From positions 672,001 through 736,000 of the forward strand of contig CAVVPN010000004.1 in the NCBI GenBank assembly GCA_963750165.1: a DNA stretch of 64,000 nucleotides, read 5' to 3'. Below, one piece after another: positions 24,001 to 39,000 of this stretch (position 1 is the first letter of the stretch; every line of letters begins with the position of its first letter). Source of the stretch: an uncultured Gemmataceae bacterium (GTDB lineage Bacteria > Planctomycetota > Planctomycetia > Gemmatales > Gemmataceae). The notes under the pieces are model-generated. The model searched no databases and was not told the origin of the DNA. It saw nothing but the letters and a program-made list of their open reading frames with translations. Made by a program: the position numbers and the translations under genes.

Positions 24001-27000
24001 GGTGGCGCCGAGCTGCTGGCCGAGGATGTTCAGGCTGAGATTGCTGCCGTCGATCTCCAGGCTGTTGGCGGCCAGCGTCGCGGTGATTGGGGTGGTGAGG
24101 GTCTGCGTCGCGCTGGTCGTGTTCAGCGACAGCGTGAAGGTGCCGGCGAAGGTCACCTGCGACACGTCCACCACGACGGTCGCCGCCACCACACCGTAAA
24201 GGCCGGCGGCGGTGATGACGAACTGGCCGTTGATGCCGGTCGCTCGCACCAGTGTCGTGCCGCCACTGCTCAGGCCGATCTCGCCGTTCGTGACCGCCAC
24301 GGTGATGAGGTTGCCCAGCGCCGGGTTGCTCGGGTTGACCTGCTGCTGCTGGAAGCTGAAGTTGCCGCTCAGCGTCTGTGTCACCCCGCCGAGCGTCAGC
24401 ATCAGCGACACGTTCGACGCATTCACCTCGACGAACTTGCCCGCCGGCAGGTTCAGCGTCACCGACGACGTGCCGACCGTGAAGCTGTCGTTGACCGGGC
24501 TGGTCGTGGTGTTGATCGCCACCGTGAAGGTGCCGCTCAGCGCCACGTTGGGCACGTTCAGCGCCGCGGTCGCGGTCAGGCTGCCGGCCAGGCCGCCGGA
24601 CATGAGCAGGAAATCGCCGCTGCCGTTCGTGACCGACAGCAGGTTGCTGGAGCCGTCGCCCAGCGTCAGGCTGACGCCGCTGGCGCCGACATGCACCACT
24701 GGCTGACCGTTGACGGTGTACTGCTCGAAGAGGAAGTTGCCGGTCAGCGTCACCGCGCCGGCGATGGCCAGGCGGACGCCGGTGCCGCTCACCTGCAGCA
24801 GCGGCCCGGCCGGCAGGGTCAGCGTCGCCGTGGTGCCGCCGACCGTGAACGTCTGGTTGACGGCCGTCGTGCCGGTGTTCAGCGTCAGCCCGAAGGTGCC
24901 TGCGACCGACAGGCCCGGCACGTTGACCGCGACGGTTGCCGACAGCTGACCCGCCACGGTGCCGTTGGCGATAACGAACAGGCCGGTGCCGCCCGTCACG
25001 CTCACCAGGCCGCCCGCGAGCATGAGTTGCACGTTGCTGGCGGCGATCTTCACGACCGGCGTGCCGTTCGCCCCGGTCGCCTGCTCGACGCTGAAGCTGC
25101 CGCTCAGCGACTGGCTCAGGACCGTCAGCGTGCCAGTGCCGGCGATCTGCAGGAACGGCCCGGCGGGCACAGCCGTCGGCAGCAGCGTGCCGGCGGCGAA
25201 CGCGGTCATCGAGTTGTTGAACACCAGCGCCAGCGAGCCGGTCAAGCTGACGCCCGGCAGGGCCACGCTCACGGTGCCGCTGACGCTGCCGGCGGCGCCC
25301 TGGCCGTTGAGGTAAATGTCGCCCTGGCCGTTGGTCAGGCTCAGCACCGGCGTCGCGCCGCCGAGGCTCAGGGCGGCGTTGCTGACGGCGACGTGTACAT
25401 CCTTCTGGCCCTGGGCGTTGGTGCTCTGCTCGAAGCTGAAGTTGCCGCTCAGCGTCTGGCCGACGATGTTCAGGCTCAGGCCGGTGCCGGACACCTTGAA
25501 ATACGGCCCGGCCGGCACGGTCAGCGTCACCGGCGTGGTGCCGACCGTGAACGTCTGGTTGACCGCGGCTGTCGTGGTGTTGAACGCCAGCGCCACGCTG
25601 CCGCCGACGCTCACGCCGCCGGCCATCACGGCGATGGTGCCACTGACCTGACCCGCGATGCCAGCGGAGGTGATGAGCAGCGTGCCCTGGCCCTGCGTCA
25701 GTTGCAGCAGCGGGTTGGTGCCGTCGGTCAGCGTCAGCGTCAGGTTCGCCACGGTGACGCTGGTGACGCCGGTGCTCTGCTGGAAGGCGAAGTCGCCGGT
25801 CAGCGTCTGGCCGAGCAGGCTGAGCGTCACGCCGGTGCCCATCACCTCGACGTACGGCCCCTTCGGCACGTTCAGCGTCACGGCCTGGCCGCCGACGGTG
25901 ATCGACTGATCGACCGCCTGCACGGTGTTGTTGATGGCGAGGCTGAACTGGCCGCTGAAGTTGACCGGGGCGCCCGGGACGGTGATGGCGACGTTGCCAG
26001 AAATCTGGCCGGCGACACCCGTGCTGGTGAGGAGGAAGGCCCCCTGACCGTTGGTCAGGCTGACGATCGGGGTGCTGCCCGCGGTGAAGGTGAGGCTGGC
26101 GTTGCTGATGCCGACCACGGTGGAGGTGGTCGCGCCGGTCGTGGTTTGCTGGATGGCGAAGTCGCCGGTCAGCGTCTGCCCGAGGACGGACAGCGTGACA
26201 CCGGTGCCGGAGATTTGCACGAATGGCCCGGCGCGGACGTTAATCGTCAAGTTGACGTTGTCGATCGGCAGCACCTCATCGACGGCCGCCGGGGTCGTGT
26301 TGATGGCGACGCCAAAAGTGCCGCCGAAGGTCACACCCGGCACACTCGCCGCCACGGTGCCGCTGAACATGCCCGCCACGCCGGCGCCCGTCGAGATCAG
26401 GGCGCCCTGGCCGCCCGTCAGCATCACCGCGCCGCCGCCCAGCGACAGCGTCACGTTGCTGGCGCCGATCTCCAGCTGGGTGCCGCTCGCGGTCGTCACC
26501 TGGTTGAAGGCGAAGTTGCCCGTGAGCGTCTGGCCGAGGACGCTCAGCTGGGCGTTCAGGGCCTGGAAGCTGGTCACCAGGTCGCCGGTGGCGAACGTGA
26601 TCTGCACGCCGCCGGTGCTGCTGCCCGGGATCGACAGGAACTGGTTGATCGGCTGACCGGTCGTGTTCACCAGCACGCTCGCGGTGCCGGCGATGGTGAC
26701 GCCGCTGATGCCGACGATCTGCACACTGCCGCTGGCGTTCAGGGCGAAGGTGCCGTTGCCGAACTCCATGACGCCGACCTCGGCGTCGCCGATGAGCACG
26801 CCGGTCGCCAGCGGGTTGAGGTCGCCGTTGGCCAGCAGGGCCGGGCCCTGGCCGAGGAAGATGCTCAGGTGATCGCCCGCGAACACCTGCACTGACTGAC
26901 CGTTGACCGTCTGGCTGCTGAAGCTGACGTTGCCCTGCAGCGTCACGAAGTTGCCGATGTTGATCGTCAGGTTCGACACCGACACCGCGAACAGGTTGCC

Positions 27001-30000
27001 CTCGCTGGCGCCGAAGTTGATCGCGATGCTCTGGCCGTTGACCACGATCGTCTCGTTGACGGCCCCCGGCGTCGTGTTGATGCGGAGCAGGATGTTGCCG
27101 CCCGCCGACACGCCGCCGCCGCTAACCGTCGCGGTGCCGGACAGCACGCCCGCGATGCCCGTCGTGTTGACGCCTTGCAGACTCGTCGTGATCTCGACCA
27201 GGCCGCCCTGTCCGTTCGTCAGCGACACCGAGCCGCCGCTGACCGTGACGTGCGCCAGGCCAATGCTGAGGACCTGGGTGCCGTTCGGGTCCGTCTGCTG
27301 TTGGAGGAACAGGTCGCCCGTCAGCGTGTAGGTCGTGCCGCCGACCGAGATGGTCGCGTTCAGGTTCGTCACCATCACCCGCAGGAACGGCCCGGCCGGC
27401 AGCGTCAGCATCTGGCCGCTGACGAACGGCTCGGAAACCGCTTGTGAGGTGGTGTTGACCTGGATGCTGATGTTGCCGGTAATCGAGGCGAAGCCCGGCA
27501 GGCTCAGCGTCGCGTTGGTGCTGAAGGAGCCAGCGATGCCCTGCGGGTAAACGATCAACTCGCCGTTGCCATCGGTAATGTTCACGAGGGGCGTGCCGCC
27601 GACGGTTAGCTGGACGTGCAGGTTGGCCACCGTCGCCTTGACCACCGCGGCGCCCGTCGAGTTGGTGCCCTTCTGGAAGGTGAAGTCGCCGCTGATCTGC
27701 TGGCCGGCGACGGTCAGCGTCACGCCGGTGCCCTGGATTTCCACATACGGCCCCATCGGCACCGACAGCGTCACCGGCGTCATGGTGCCGGGGACGGTGA
27801 AGCTGGCGTTGACCGCGTTGCCGGTGGTGTTGACCAGCACGCTGAGCGTGGCGCTCAGGCTGACGCCCGGGACACTGACGCTCACGGTGCCGCTGCCCTG
27901 GCCGGCGATGCCCGCGGGGGTCAGCACGAAGTACGCCGAGCCGTTGCTGAGCGTCACCAGACCGCCGCCGAGCGACACGTTCAGGTTGGCGACGCTGATG
28001 CGGACTTCCGTCTGGTGCGTGGTCGCGTCCGTCGTCTGATCGAAGCCGAAGTCGCCCGTCAGCGACTGGCCGAGCACCATCACCGTCAGGCCCGTGGCGG
28101 CGAAGCGCACGAACGGCCCGGCCGGCACGTTCAGCACCACCGAACCCGTGCCCACCGGGATCGTCTCGTTGACCGCCTGGCTCGTCTGGTTGATTTGCAG
28201 CGTCAGGTTGCCCATCACCTGCACGCCCGGGATGTTGACCGTCAGCGTGCCGGACAGCTGGCCGGCGACGCCCGCGGCGGTCAACACCAGGCTGCCCTGG
28301 CCGTTCGTCAGTGAGACGTAAGGGTGAATCACCTGCACCACGGCGCCGGTGCTGTCCGTCTCGGCGTTCAGCCGGCCGCTGCTGGTCAGTGTCAGCACGG
28401 TGTCCGTGACCGCCGCGACAGTGTAGGTGCCGTTGTCCGCGCTGGTGCCGGTGACCAGGATGGTATTGCCGACCTGGAAGCCGTCGCTGTTCCAGCTGCC
28501 GGCGCTGCGGGTGACGGTGTCGCCGCCAGTCAGGGGGGCGAACGTCAGCGCCGGACTGCCGGTCGCCTGGGCGCCGCCGCTGGTGTCGCCGAGCACGAAG
28601 TTCACGTTGCTGGCGGCGACGAGGACCACCGGGTTGGCGTTGCCGTCGGTCATCTTCTCGAAGGTGAAGTTGCCCGTCACGGCCTGGCCGGCGACTGCCA
28701 GCTGAATGTTGGTGCCGGCCACTTGCAGGTACGGCCCGGCCGGCAGCATCAGCGTCACCGCCACGCCCGCGACCGTGAAGGTCTGGTTGACCGCAGCCGT
28801 TGTCGTGTTGATCTGCAGGCTGAACTGGCCGCTGAAGTTCGCCGCGGGGATCGACACCGTCGCGCTCGAGCTGGCCCGCCAGGCCGGCGGCGCTCGCCAC
28901 GAAGCTCCCCTGACCCTGCGACACCACCACCAGGTTCGTGCCGCCGGACGCGAACGTCAGGCCCACGTTTGTGGCCGCCACGCTGATGAGCGAACTGCCG
29001 TCGGGCTGCGTCAGTTTCTCGAAGGCGAAGTTGCCCGTCAGTGTCTGGCCGAGGATGCCGAGGCTGACGTTCTGGCCCGAGACGTGGACGAAGGGCCCGG
29101 CCGGCACGTTAATCGCCGTGCTGCTGCCCGCCGGCATGAAGCTGACCGCCGCCGACGTGGTGTTGAGCGCCAGGTCGAACTGGCCGCTGAACGTCACCTG
29201 CGGGATGTTGACCGCCACGCTGGCGCTGAAGTCGCCGGCCAGGCCGGCGCTGGTCACCTGCAGCGCGCCGCTGCCCTGCGTCACCGACACAATGGGGGTG
29301 CTGCCGGAGCCCAGCGTCAGGCCGACGTTGCTGCCCTGCACCACCAGCGACTGGAACTGGCCCTGGGCGGTCGTCGTCTTCGTGAAGCTGAAGTCGCCCG
29401 TCAACGACTGGCCGAGCACCGAGATCGTCAGGGCGGTCGCGGTGAAGGTATCGACCTGGTCCGTGGTGCTGAAGCTGAGCAGGACGTTCTGCGTCGTGCC
29501 CGGGATGCTCAGCGTCTGGTTGACCGTCTGGCCGCTGTCATTGACGCGGACGTGGGCGGTGCCGCTGACCGTCACGCCGGTGACGCCGAGCAGCTGCACC
29601 GTGCCGGTCGCGTCCAGGGCGTAGGTCGCAGTGCCGCCGCTGGTGAACTTGATGACGCCGATGTTGGCGTTGGCCAGGTACAGGCCCGTGGCGCCCGGGT
29701 TGATGTCGCCGTTGTCCAGCGTTGCCGGGCCCTGGCCCAGGAAGATGCTCAGTCCGGTGCCCGCGAACTCCTGCACCGCCACGCCGTTCAGCGTCGTGTT
29801 GGTGAAGGACAGGCTGCCGCCGATGGTGATGAAGTTGTCGATGTTGAGCGTCAGGTTGGCGCCATAGAACTGCGTGAACGCACTGCCGCCCGAGGCCACC
29901 TCGTTCGGCCCGAACAGGATGTTGACGCTGTGGCCGCCGATGGCGATGGTCTCGTCCACGGCGTTCGGCGTCGAGTTGATGCGGAAACCGATGTCGCCGC

Positions 30001-33000
30001 CGGCACTGAAGCCCGGCACACTGGCCGGCGGCGTCATCACCATCCCGGACAGGAAGCCGGCGACGCCCGCGGTGCTGATGATGAAGCCGCCCTGGCCGTT
30101 GCCCAGGACGTTGCTGCCGCTGACCGCCAGCGTGATGCCCGTGGCGGCAAAGCGCGTCACCGTGCCCTGCCCCGCCACCGTCGTCTGGTCGAAGCTGAAC
30201 GAACCCATCAGCGTCGCCGCGCTGCCGACCGTCAGCGACGCGCCAATCGCGGTCACGCGGAAGAACGGCCCCATCGGCTCGACCAGTGGCTGGCTGGCGC
30301 CGGTGATCGTCTCGTTGACGGCGACCGGCATCGTGTTCACGTCGATGACAACGCTGGTGGCGGTCAGCGTCACGCCCGGCACCGCGAAGCTCGCCGTCAC
30401 CGCGAAGTTGGCCGCGATGCCCTGCGCCGTCAGCAGGAAGGTGCCGCCGCCGTTCGTCACGTTCACGAAGGTGGTGCCGCCGGCCGCCAGCACCAGCATC
30501 AGGCCGTTCACCGAGAACGTCACCACCTTGCTGCCGTCGGTCGCCGTGGTCTGCACGACGGTGAAGGTGCCGGTGGGGGTCAGACCGATGGTCTGGCCGG
30601 CGATGCTCAGGCTCACGCCGGTGCCGGAGACGCGGACGTAGTTCGGGGCCGTGATCGTGTTCACGTCGATGGTGAACGCGCCGGCCAGCACCTGCACGCT
30701 CGGCAAATTGACGGCCAGCGTCGCGGTGATGCTGCCCTGGATGCCGTTGCTCTGGACCGTCAACATGCCCGAACCGGTGGCCTGGACCAGCGTGTTGGTG
30801 CCGTCGCCCAGGCTCAGCACCACGTTGCTGGCGGTGACCATCAGGACATGATTGACGTTGTCCTCGCTGAAGCTGAAGTCGCCGCTCAGCGACTGGCCGG
30901 CGGCCGTCAGCATCAGCCCGGTGCCGCCGAAGCGGTTGCTGTTGGCCGGGACGCTCAGCGTCTGCGTCACGCCATTGACCGTGATGCTGCGGTTGATGTC
31001 CGTCGTGAAGGTGCTGCGCTGGAAGCTCAGCGTGCCGGACAGGCCCAGGTGCTGGATGCCGACCAGTTGCACGCTGCCGCCGGCCTGCACCGCGATTCCG
31101 CCGGGGGCGATCAGCATCGCCAGGCTGGCGCCGCTGACCTGCACGCCGACGTTGTTGGCCCCGACGAAGATGCTGACGCCGGTGGCCGCGATCAGCACTT
31201 CGGTGAAGTCGTCCGCGGTGCCGAGCACACCGTCGGGGCCGGGGTTGGTCGATTGCTGGATCGCGAAGCTGCCGGTCAGCGTCACGCCGGCGACCATCAG
31301 GCTGACGTTGTCGGCGCCGAAGCGGCTGGTGCCGGCCGGCACGGTCAGCGGCGTCGAGGTGGCGCCGATGGTGACCGTGTGCGCGGCGCTGGTGGTGGTG
31401 TTGCGCTGGGCGTGCAGGTTGCCCATGAAGGTTACGCCGCTGATGCCGACGACGCTGGCGGCGCCGCTGGCGTCGAAGTCGTAGGTGCCGTCGGGCTCAA
31501 TCACGGCCAGCAGGGTGCCGCCGGTCACCTGCACGCCCAGCGTCAGCGTGCCGCCACTCATCTGGCCGGCGGCGAAGCTGACGTTCGTGGCGGAGATGCT
31601 GATCTCGTTGGTCGTCGCGTTCTTCGCGATGCCGAAGCTGCCGCTCAGCGTGGCGACCGGCGTCGTCAGCGTCAGCACGGTGCCAGTCCTGGTGCTGATG
31701 GTGTAACTGGTGCCGTTGGTGGTGTCGGCGTTGACGTCGATAGTGCCGCTCAGGCCCAGGTCGCTCAGGCCAGTCAGGGCGACCGTGCCCTCGGCGGTCA
31801 GCGTGAACGAGCCGGCCGGGTGGACGCTCACCAGGTAAACGCTGGCGTTCAGGCTGGCGTTGGTCAGCGACAGGCCGACGCCGCTAGCCCCGATGAAGGC
31901 GCTGACGCCCGACGCGGTGATGGTCAGCATCGTCGGGTGGCCCTGGGTGTCGAAGGTCACCTGGAAGCCGAACATCCCGCTCAGGGCGACGAAGCTCTGG
32001 CCGCTGCTCGGGTCCGCAATGTTCAGCGTCAGCGAACCGGACACGCTGACGAAATTGCCCTGCGTGAAGTTGAGGGTGACGCCTTCGAGCGTCTCGTCAA
32101 TCGGCGCCCCGGTGTTGTTGAAGTTCAGGGTCAGCGAAGCTTGCAGGACCACACCAGGGATGCCGACCGCCTGCACCACGCCGCTAGCCGTGCCGGCGAT
32201 GCCGGACGACTGCAGCAGGAACAGGCCGCTGCCCTGCGTCAGCATCAGGCCGTGGATCAAATTGGCGGCGCCGTCGGTCTGGCCGAGGGCAACGCTGACG
32301 TTGCTGGCGGCGAAGCGGATCACCGTCTGGGCCGGCACCGCCGGGTTGGTGCTGGTGGTCGTGTCCTTCTGGAAGACGAAGTTGCCGGAGATCGACTGGC
32401 CGGCGACGGTCAGCTGGGCGTTCGTGGCCGAGACGCGGACGAACGGCCCGGCCGGCACGTTCACGGTCACCATGCTGCTGCCGACCATGACCACCTCACT
32501 GACGGCGGTCGGCATGTTGTTGATTTGCAGCGCCAGCGTGCCGCTGAGCTGGAAGTTCGCGGCCGATTGACCGGCGTTGACCGTCGCCTGCACGCTGCCG
32601 GCCAGGCCCTGGTTCGTCAGGATCAGGGCGCCCGAGCCGTTGGTCAGCGACACCAGGTTGTTGCCGCTGCCGTCCTGCAGCGACACCGTCAACTGACTGA
32701 CGGCCACGGTCACCACGCGGCTGCCGTCCGCGGCGGTCTGGGACTGGAAGGTGAAGTTGCCGCTCAGCGTCTGGCCCGCGACGGTCAGCATCAGGCCGGT
32801 GCCCGTGACTTCGATGAACGGCCCGGCCGGCACGCTCACGGTCACCGGGTTCAGGTTGGCGTCGTTGACGCTGGCGTTGACCGCCGTGCTGCTCGTGTTG
32901 AAGACGAGGTTGAACGTACCGGTGAATCTGGCGTTGGCGCTGGCGGTGATGGTGACGCCGGCGTTCGTCACCTGGCCCGCCAGGCCGGCGCCCGTCAGCA

Positions 33001-36000
33001 CGAAGACGGCGCTGGGGATGGTCACCGCGACCAGGGTGTTGGTGCCGTCGCCGAAGGCCAGGCTGACGTTCGTGAAGTCCACGACCACCAGCGTGCTCGC
33101 CGGGTTGGTCGTGGTCTGCTGCTCGAAGACAAAGTTGCCGCTCAGCGTCTGGCCAGCGACGGTCAGCGTGACGTTGTTGCCGGCGACCCGCAGGAACGGC
33201 CCGGTCGGCAGATTCAGCATGACCGTGTTGGCCCCGACCATGAAGCTCTCGACCACCGGGGCGTTGGTGGTGTTGACCGACACGGTAAAGGTGCCGCCCA
33301 GGCTCAGGCTGCTGATGCCGCTGGCGATCGTGGCGCTAAGGGTTCCGGCCAGGCCGCCCGGGGTGATGACCAGGAAGCCGAAGCCGCCCGTCACCGAGAC
33401 GATGTTGTTGCTGCCGTCGCCGAGGCTGAAACTGAGGTTGTTGACGGCGACGCGGACCTGCGTCGCGGTGCCGCTCGGCATCAGGTTGACCGTGCTCTGC
33501 TCCAGGGCGAAGTCGCCCGTCAGCGCGACCGTGTTGGTCGGGCTGAGCTTCAGCGTCAGCGACACGCCGGTGCCCTGGACGCGGAGGTAGGGGCCGGCGG
33601 GCAGGTTGATCACTGTGTGGGTCGTGGTGCCGTTCAGCGTCACCGGGATGGTGTCGTTGACCGGGGCCAGCGTGTTGTTGATCGCCAGGGAGAAGCCGCC
33701 GCCGAAGATGACGTTCGGCGACGCGGTCACCTGCACGTTGGCCGACATCATGCCCGCGATGCCGGCGCTGGTCATCACGAAGTCGCCGGTGCCGGCGCTC
33801 AGCATGGCCAGGCCGCCGCCCAGGTTCAGCGACACGCTGTCGAAGTGGATCGTCAGGACGGTGTTGTTGTTGCTGTCCGTGACCTGGTTGAACGTGAAGT
33901 TGCCCATCAGCGTCTGGCCGGCCACCGTCAGGCTCACGCCGCTGGCGACGACGCTGGTGACCATGTTGGCCGTCGGGAACATCACCTGAATCGACGAGGC
34001 CGGGGTCGTGCCGACGGCCGGCAGCACGATGGTCTGATTGACCGCGGCGCCGGTGTTGTTGACCATGACGGTCGCCATGCCGGACAGGCTGACGCCCGAG
34101 ATGCCGATGATTTGCAGCATGCCCGTGGCGGTGACGGCGTAGGTGGTGCCGCTGGTGCCGGCGACCTTGACGACGCCGAGGCTGGCGTTGGTCAGCAGCA
34201 GGCCCTGGGCGGCTGGGTTGATGGTCGTGCCATCAGACAGGTAGACGGGGCCCTGGCCGACGAACAGCGTGATGCCCGTGGCCCCGGCGGTGTTGCCCGT
34301 GACCGCGAAATTGCTCGATTCGACCTCGACGAAGTTGGCGATCTTCAGATGGACGCCGCCGCCGAAGACGCTGATGAACGGCCCGCTCGCCGTGGCGACC
34401 TCGGTGGCGGCGAAGGTGATCGGCAGCATCTGGCCGCCCACCATCAGTGTCTGATTCACCGCCATCGTGGTGGTGTTGATGCGCAGGCCAAGACTGCCGC
34501 CGACGCTGAAGCCGGAGGCCGCCACGCTGATGTCACCGGACAGGCTGCCTGCGATGCCGCCGCCGCTGCCGCTGAAGAGGATGAAGCCGCCCGAGCCGTT
34601 GGTGATGCCGTTGCCCTGGTACGTCACCGCCAGGTTGGCGATGGCGACACTGGTGTAGGTGGCGGTGTGCGTGATGCTAAAGTCGCCGCTGATGACCACG
34701 CCACTGCCGACGTTCAGCTGGCCGCCCAGGACGGTGATGCGCGTGAACGGCCCAGCCGGCAACTGCAGGTTGATGGTGTCGCCGGCCAGCACGATGGACT
34801 CGACGACCGCGACGCTGGTGGTGTTGATCTCGAACTGGATGGTGGTCGCGCTCAGGCTCAGGCCCGGCAGGCTGAACGTCGCGGTGACGGTGACGCTGGC
34901 CGCGACGCCGTTGCTGTTGACCACGAGGAAGCCCTGGCCGCCGGTGATCGTCACATACGGCTGCACAATCTGCACGTGGACGTTGGCGGTTCCCGACTCA
35001 CTCTTGAGCTTGCCGAGCGTGGTCAGCGTCAGTGTCAGGCCGTCAGCGCTGACGGTGGCCACGGTGTAGGCGCCGTCGTTCTGGGCGCTGCCGGTAATCA
35101 GGATAACGTTGCCCGCGGTGATGCCGTCGGTGATCCAGCTGCCGCTGCTGCGGGTGATGGTGTCGCCGCCGGTGGTGGCGGGCGCGAACGTCAGCGACGG
35201 GGCCGTGCCGGACAGCGCGATCGGACTGCCGGTGTCGCCGAGCACCAGCGACAGGTTGTTGACGGCGACGCGGACCACGCGCTGGCCGTCGCTGCCGGTG
35301 ACTTGCTGGAAGACCACGTCCGCGATCAGCGTCTGGCCGCCGATGGTCAGGTGGATGCCGGTGCCGGTGACAATGACGTACTGGTTGGCCGGGGCCGTTG
35401 TGTCGATCTGCACTTGCAAGTTGGTCGTCAGCAGGAAGCCCGGGACGTTGACCGTCACCGCGCCCATGAAGCTGCCGGCGATGCCCTGGTTGTTGATGGT
35501 GAACATCGCCGTGGCGACCGTGACCAGAACCACCGGGTTGTTGGCATCGCCCAGACTCAGGCTGACGCCGGTGGCGGTCAGCTGCACCACCTGCACGCCG
35601 GCGCTGACCGTGCTCTGGAACGTCAGCGACTGGGCCGTCAGGGCGCTGCCGAGGACGGTCAGTGCGCCGTTGGTCACCGTCACCTGCACGAACGAACCGC
35701 CCGCCGTCACCGCCGGCACCATCACCGTCTGCGTGCCGATCATGAAGCTCTGGGCCGTCGTCAGCGTCGTGGTGTTGACCAGCACCGTGATCGTGCCGCT
35801 GAGCGTGAAGTCGTTGCCGAAGTCCGGGCCGAGCAGCGTGCCCATGGCCGCCCCGGCGATGCCGCCGCCGGTCGCCGGGAACAGGAAATCGAAGTTGCCG
35901 TTTTGCAGGGCGAGAATGCGGCGGCCGCCGGACTGCAACACCAGGCCGAGGTTGGTGCCGGTCACCGTGACGTTACCGCCGCTGTTCTGGAAGACGAAGC

Positions 36001-39000
36001 TGTCGGCGGTCAAGCTGTTGCCCAGGACCGTCAGCACGCCGTTCGTCACCGTCACCTGCACGAAGTAGCCGCTGGCCGGCGCGGCGGGGACGGCAACCGA
36101 CTGGCCGCCGACCGACAATGTCATGGCGGTCGTGGTCGTGTTGACCAGCAGCGCCACGGTGCCGGACAGTGTGACGGTGCCGCCAAGGTCCGGGCCGAGG
36201 ACCGTGGCGTTGACCACGGCGCCCGTGACGCCGGCCTGCGTGAACAGGAAGGCGAACGAGGCGTTGCTGATCTGGATGATGCGGGTGCCGCCCGCGGACA
36301 GCAGGAAGCCGAGGTTCTGGCCGGTGACGGTGACGGTGCTGGTGCTGCCACTGCCGCTTGCCTGCAGCACGAAGTCATCGACGGTCAGGGTTTGGCCAAA
36401 GACCGACAGCGTCGCCGGCATGGCGGGCTGCGTGGTCGTGGCCGGAGTGCCGGTCACCTCGACGCGGGCATAGGGGCTGCCCGTTGCGGCCGCGGCGACC
36501 GTCAACGTCTGGCCGTCCAGCGTGAAGGTCTGCACGTCCGGCGTCGTGTTCAGCAGCAACGAGAAGGTGCCGCTCAGCGTGACGCCGGTGATGGCCGGGC
36601 CCTGCACCGCCCCGTTCAGGACCACGCCGCTGAGGCCGTCCTGCGTGAAGCGGAAGGCGAAGTCGGCGCCGCTGATCGCCACGATGCGCGTGCTGCCGGC
36701 GGCCAGCGTGAAGCCGAGGTTCGTGCCGGAGATGTCCACCTCGGTGCCCTGCTTTTGCAGGATGAATTGATCGGCGGTCAGCGTGGCGACGTTGCTCACG
36801 GCCAGCGTCGCGGGCTGACCGTTGCTGCCGTCGATCTCCACCCGCAGATAGGCGCTGCCGACCGCGGCTGCGGCGACGGTGACCGACTGCGTGCCGACCA
36901 TCAGCGTCTGGGCCGTCGGCGTCGTGTTGATGAGCAGCGAGACGGTGCCCTGGAAGTTGATGAGCGGGTTGCCCGAGGCGTCGGTGTAGTCCGGCCCCAG
37001 GACCACTGCGTTGAGCACCGCGCCCGTGATGCCAGCCTGCGTGAACGTGAAGGCGAACGCGGCGTTGCTGATCTGAATGATGCGGTGGCCGCCGACCTGC
37101 AGCAGGAAGCCGAGGTTGGTGCCGGACACCTGCACGCCCGCGGCGTTCTTCACGAAGTCCAGCTCGGTCGCGGTCAGCATGTTGCCGAGCACACCCAGCG
37201 TCACCGGCGTGCCGTCGGGGTTGGCCGTCAGCACCACCTTGACGAACGAGACGCCGCCGGCCGCCGCGGGCAGCGTCACACTCTGGCCGCCGACCATGAG
37301 CATCTGCTGCGTCGGCGTCGTGTTCAGTTGCAGCGACACCGTGCCGGCCAGGGTGACCGCCCCGCCGAGGTCCGGGCCGAGCAGCGTGGCGTTCGTCACG
37401 ACGCCCGCGATGCCGTTCGCCGCCAGGGTGAAGCTGAAGTTGGCGTGCTGCAGGCCGATGATCCGCGTGCTGCCGGCCTGGAGCACAAAGCTCAGGTTGC
37501 GACCGCTCAGGGTGATGCTGGCGTTGCTGCCGGTGCCGCTCTGCTGGAAGTCGATCTCGTCGGCGGTCAGCGTGAAGCCGGGGACCGTCAGCGTCGCGGT
37601 CAGGATCTGCACCTCGACGAACGGCCCGGCCGGCAGGTTGACCGCCACCGTCGCGCCGTTGACGGTGAACGTCTGGCTGACCGCGGCGCCGGTCGAGTTG
37701 ATGGCGATGTTGACGGTGCCGGTGGCGCTGATCCCTGTGCTCGGGGCGATGGTCACCGTGCCGGCCGCCGTGCCCGCCAGGCCCGCGGAGGACAGCAGGA
37801 ATGCGCCCGAGGCTCCGCTCACCGTGACCAGCGGCGTACCGCCCGCCGTCAGCGCCAGGCTGACGTTGCTGAAGGCGACCGTCAGCACGGAGCCGCCCGC
37901 GGGTGTCGTCTGCTGCTGCACGAAGAAGTTGCCCGTCAGCATCTGGCCGGCGACCATCAGGTTCGCGTTGTCCACCTCGACGCGGACGAGCGGGCCGGCC
38001 GGGACGTTCAGCGTCACCGTGCCGACCGCCGCGGCGATCGTCTGGTTGACCGCGCTGGTGGTCGTGTTGATTTCGAACAACACGTTGCCGCTCAGGCTGA
38101 CGCCGGTGCTCGGGGCGATGGCGACCGTGGCGGCGACGCTGCCCGCCAGGCCGGCGCTGGTCAGCAGGAAGACGCCGTTGGCGTTCGTCACCGACACCAG
38201 GCCGCCGCCCAGGCTCAGGCCGACGTTCGTGAACGTCACCGTCACCACCGGCGTGCCGCCCGTCGTGCTCTGCTGCTGGAACGCGAAGTTGCCCGTCAGC
38301 GTCTGGCCGGCCACCGTCAGCGTCACACCCGTACCACTGACTCGCACATACGGCCCGGCCGGCAGCACCACCAGGGCCTGGGCGCTGGTCGCCGTCTCCG
38401 CCTGGAGCTGGCCAAGCGTCGTCAGCGTCAGCACGGTGTCCGTGACGGCCGCGATGGTGTAGGTGCCGTTGTTCTTCGTGGTGCCAGTGATCTGCACGCT
38501 GCTGCCGACCTGGAAGCCATCGGTGATGAAGCTGCCGGCGCTGCGGGTGATGGTGTCGCCGCCGGTGGTCGCCGCGGCGAAGGTCAGCGACGGCGTGCCG
38601 GTCAGCTGGACCGGGTGGGCGACGTTGACGTTGACCGCGGCGGTGGTGTTGTTGAACTGCACGTGGAAGGTGCCGCCGAAGCTGACGCCGGTGCCGGTCG
38701 CCACGGTCACGGTGCCATCGACCTGGCCCGCCAGGCCGGCGCTGGTCAGCAGCAGGGCGCCTGAGCCGCCGGTCAGCCTCACCAGGCCGCCGCCCAGGCT
38801 CAGGGTGACGTTGGCCGCGGTCACGCTGAAGACACTGGCGCCGCTGGCGTCGGTGGTCTGGCTGAAGCTGAAGTCGCCCGTCAGCGTCTGGCCCAGCACG
38901 CTCAGCGTCAGGCCGGTGCCGCTGAAGGTCTTGACCACCGCCGTCGTCGGGAAGTTCAGCACCACCGCCGGGGCGCCCGGAATCGCGATGGTGCGGGCCG

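Noticed and set aside
27122..28866. Arg-rich C-terminal tails of the listed minus-strand ORFs (also 21535-22680, 43906-43980, 2778-2815)
   Set aside because: Out-of-frame read-through after the indels; the real repeat sequence continues in another frame.
12777..38764. Very long plus-strand ORFs (12777..20591, 21802..26895, 28706..38764 and others)
   Set aside because: Antisense shadows of the giant CDS. They are R/G/A/H-rich with no motifs, stay open because TTA/CTA/TCA codons are rare on the coding strand, and change character at the same frame breaks.
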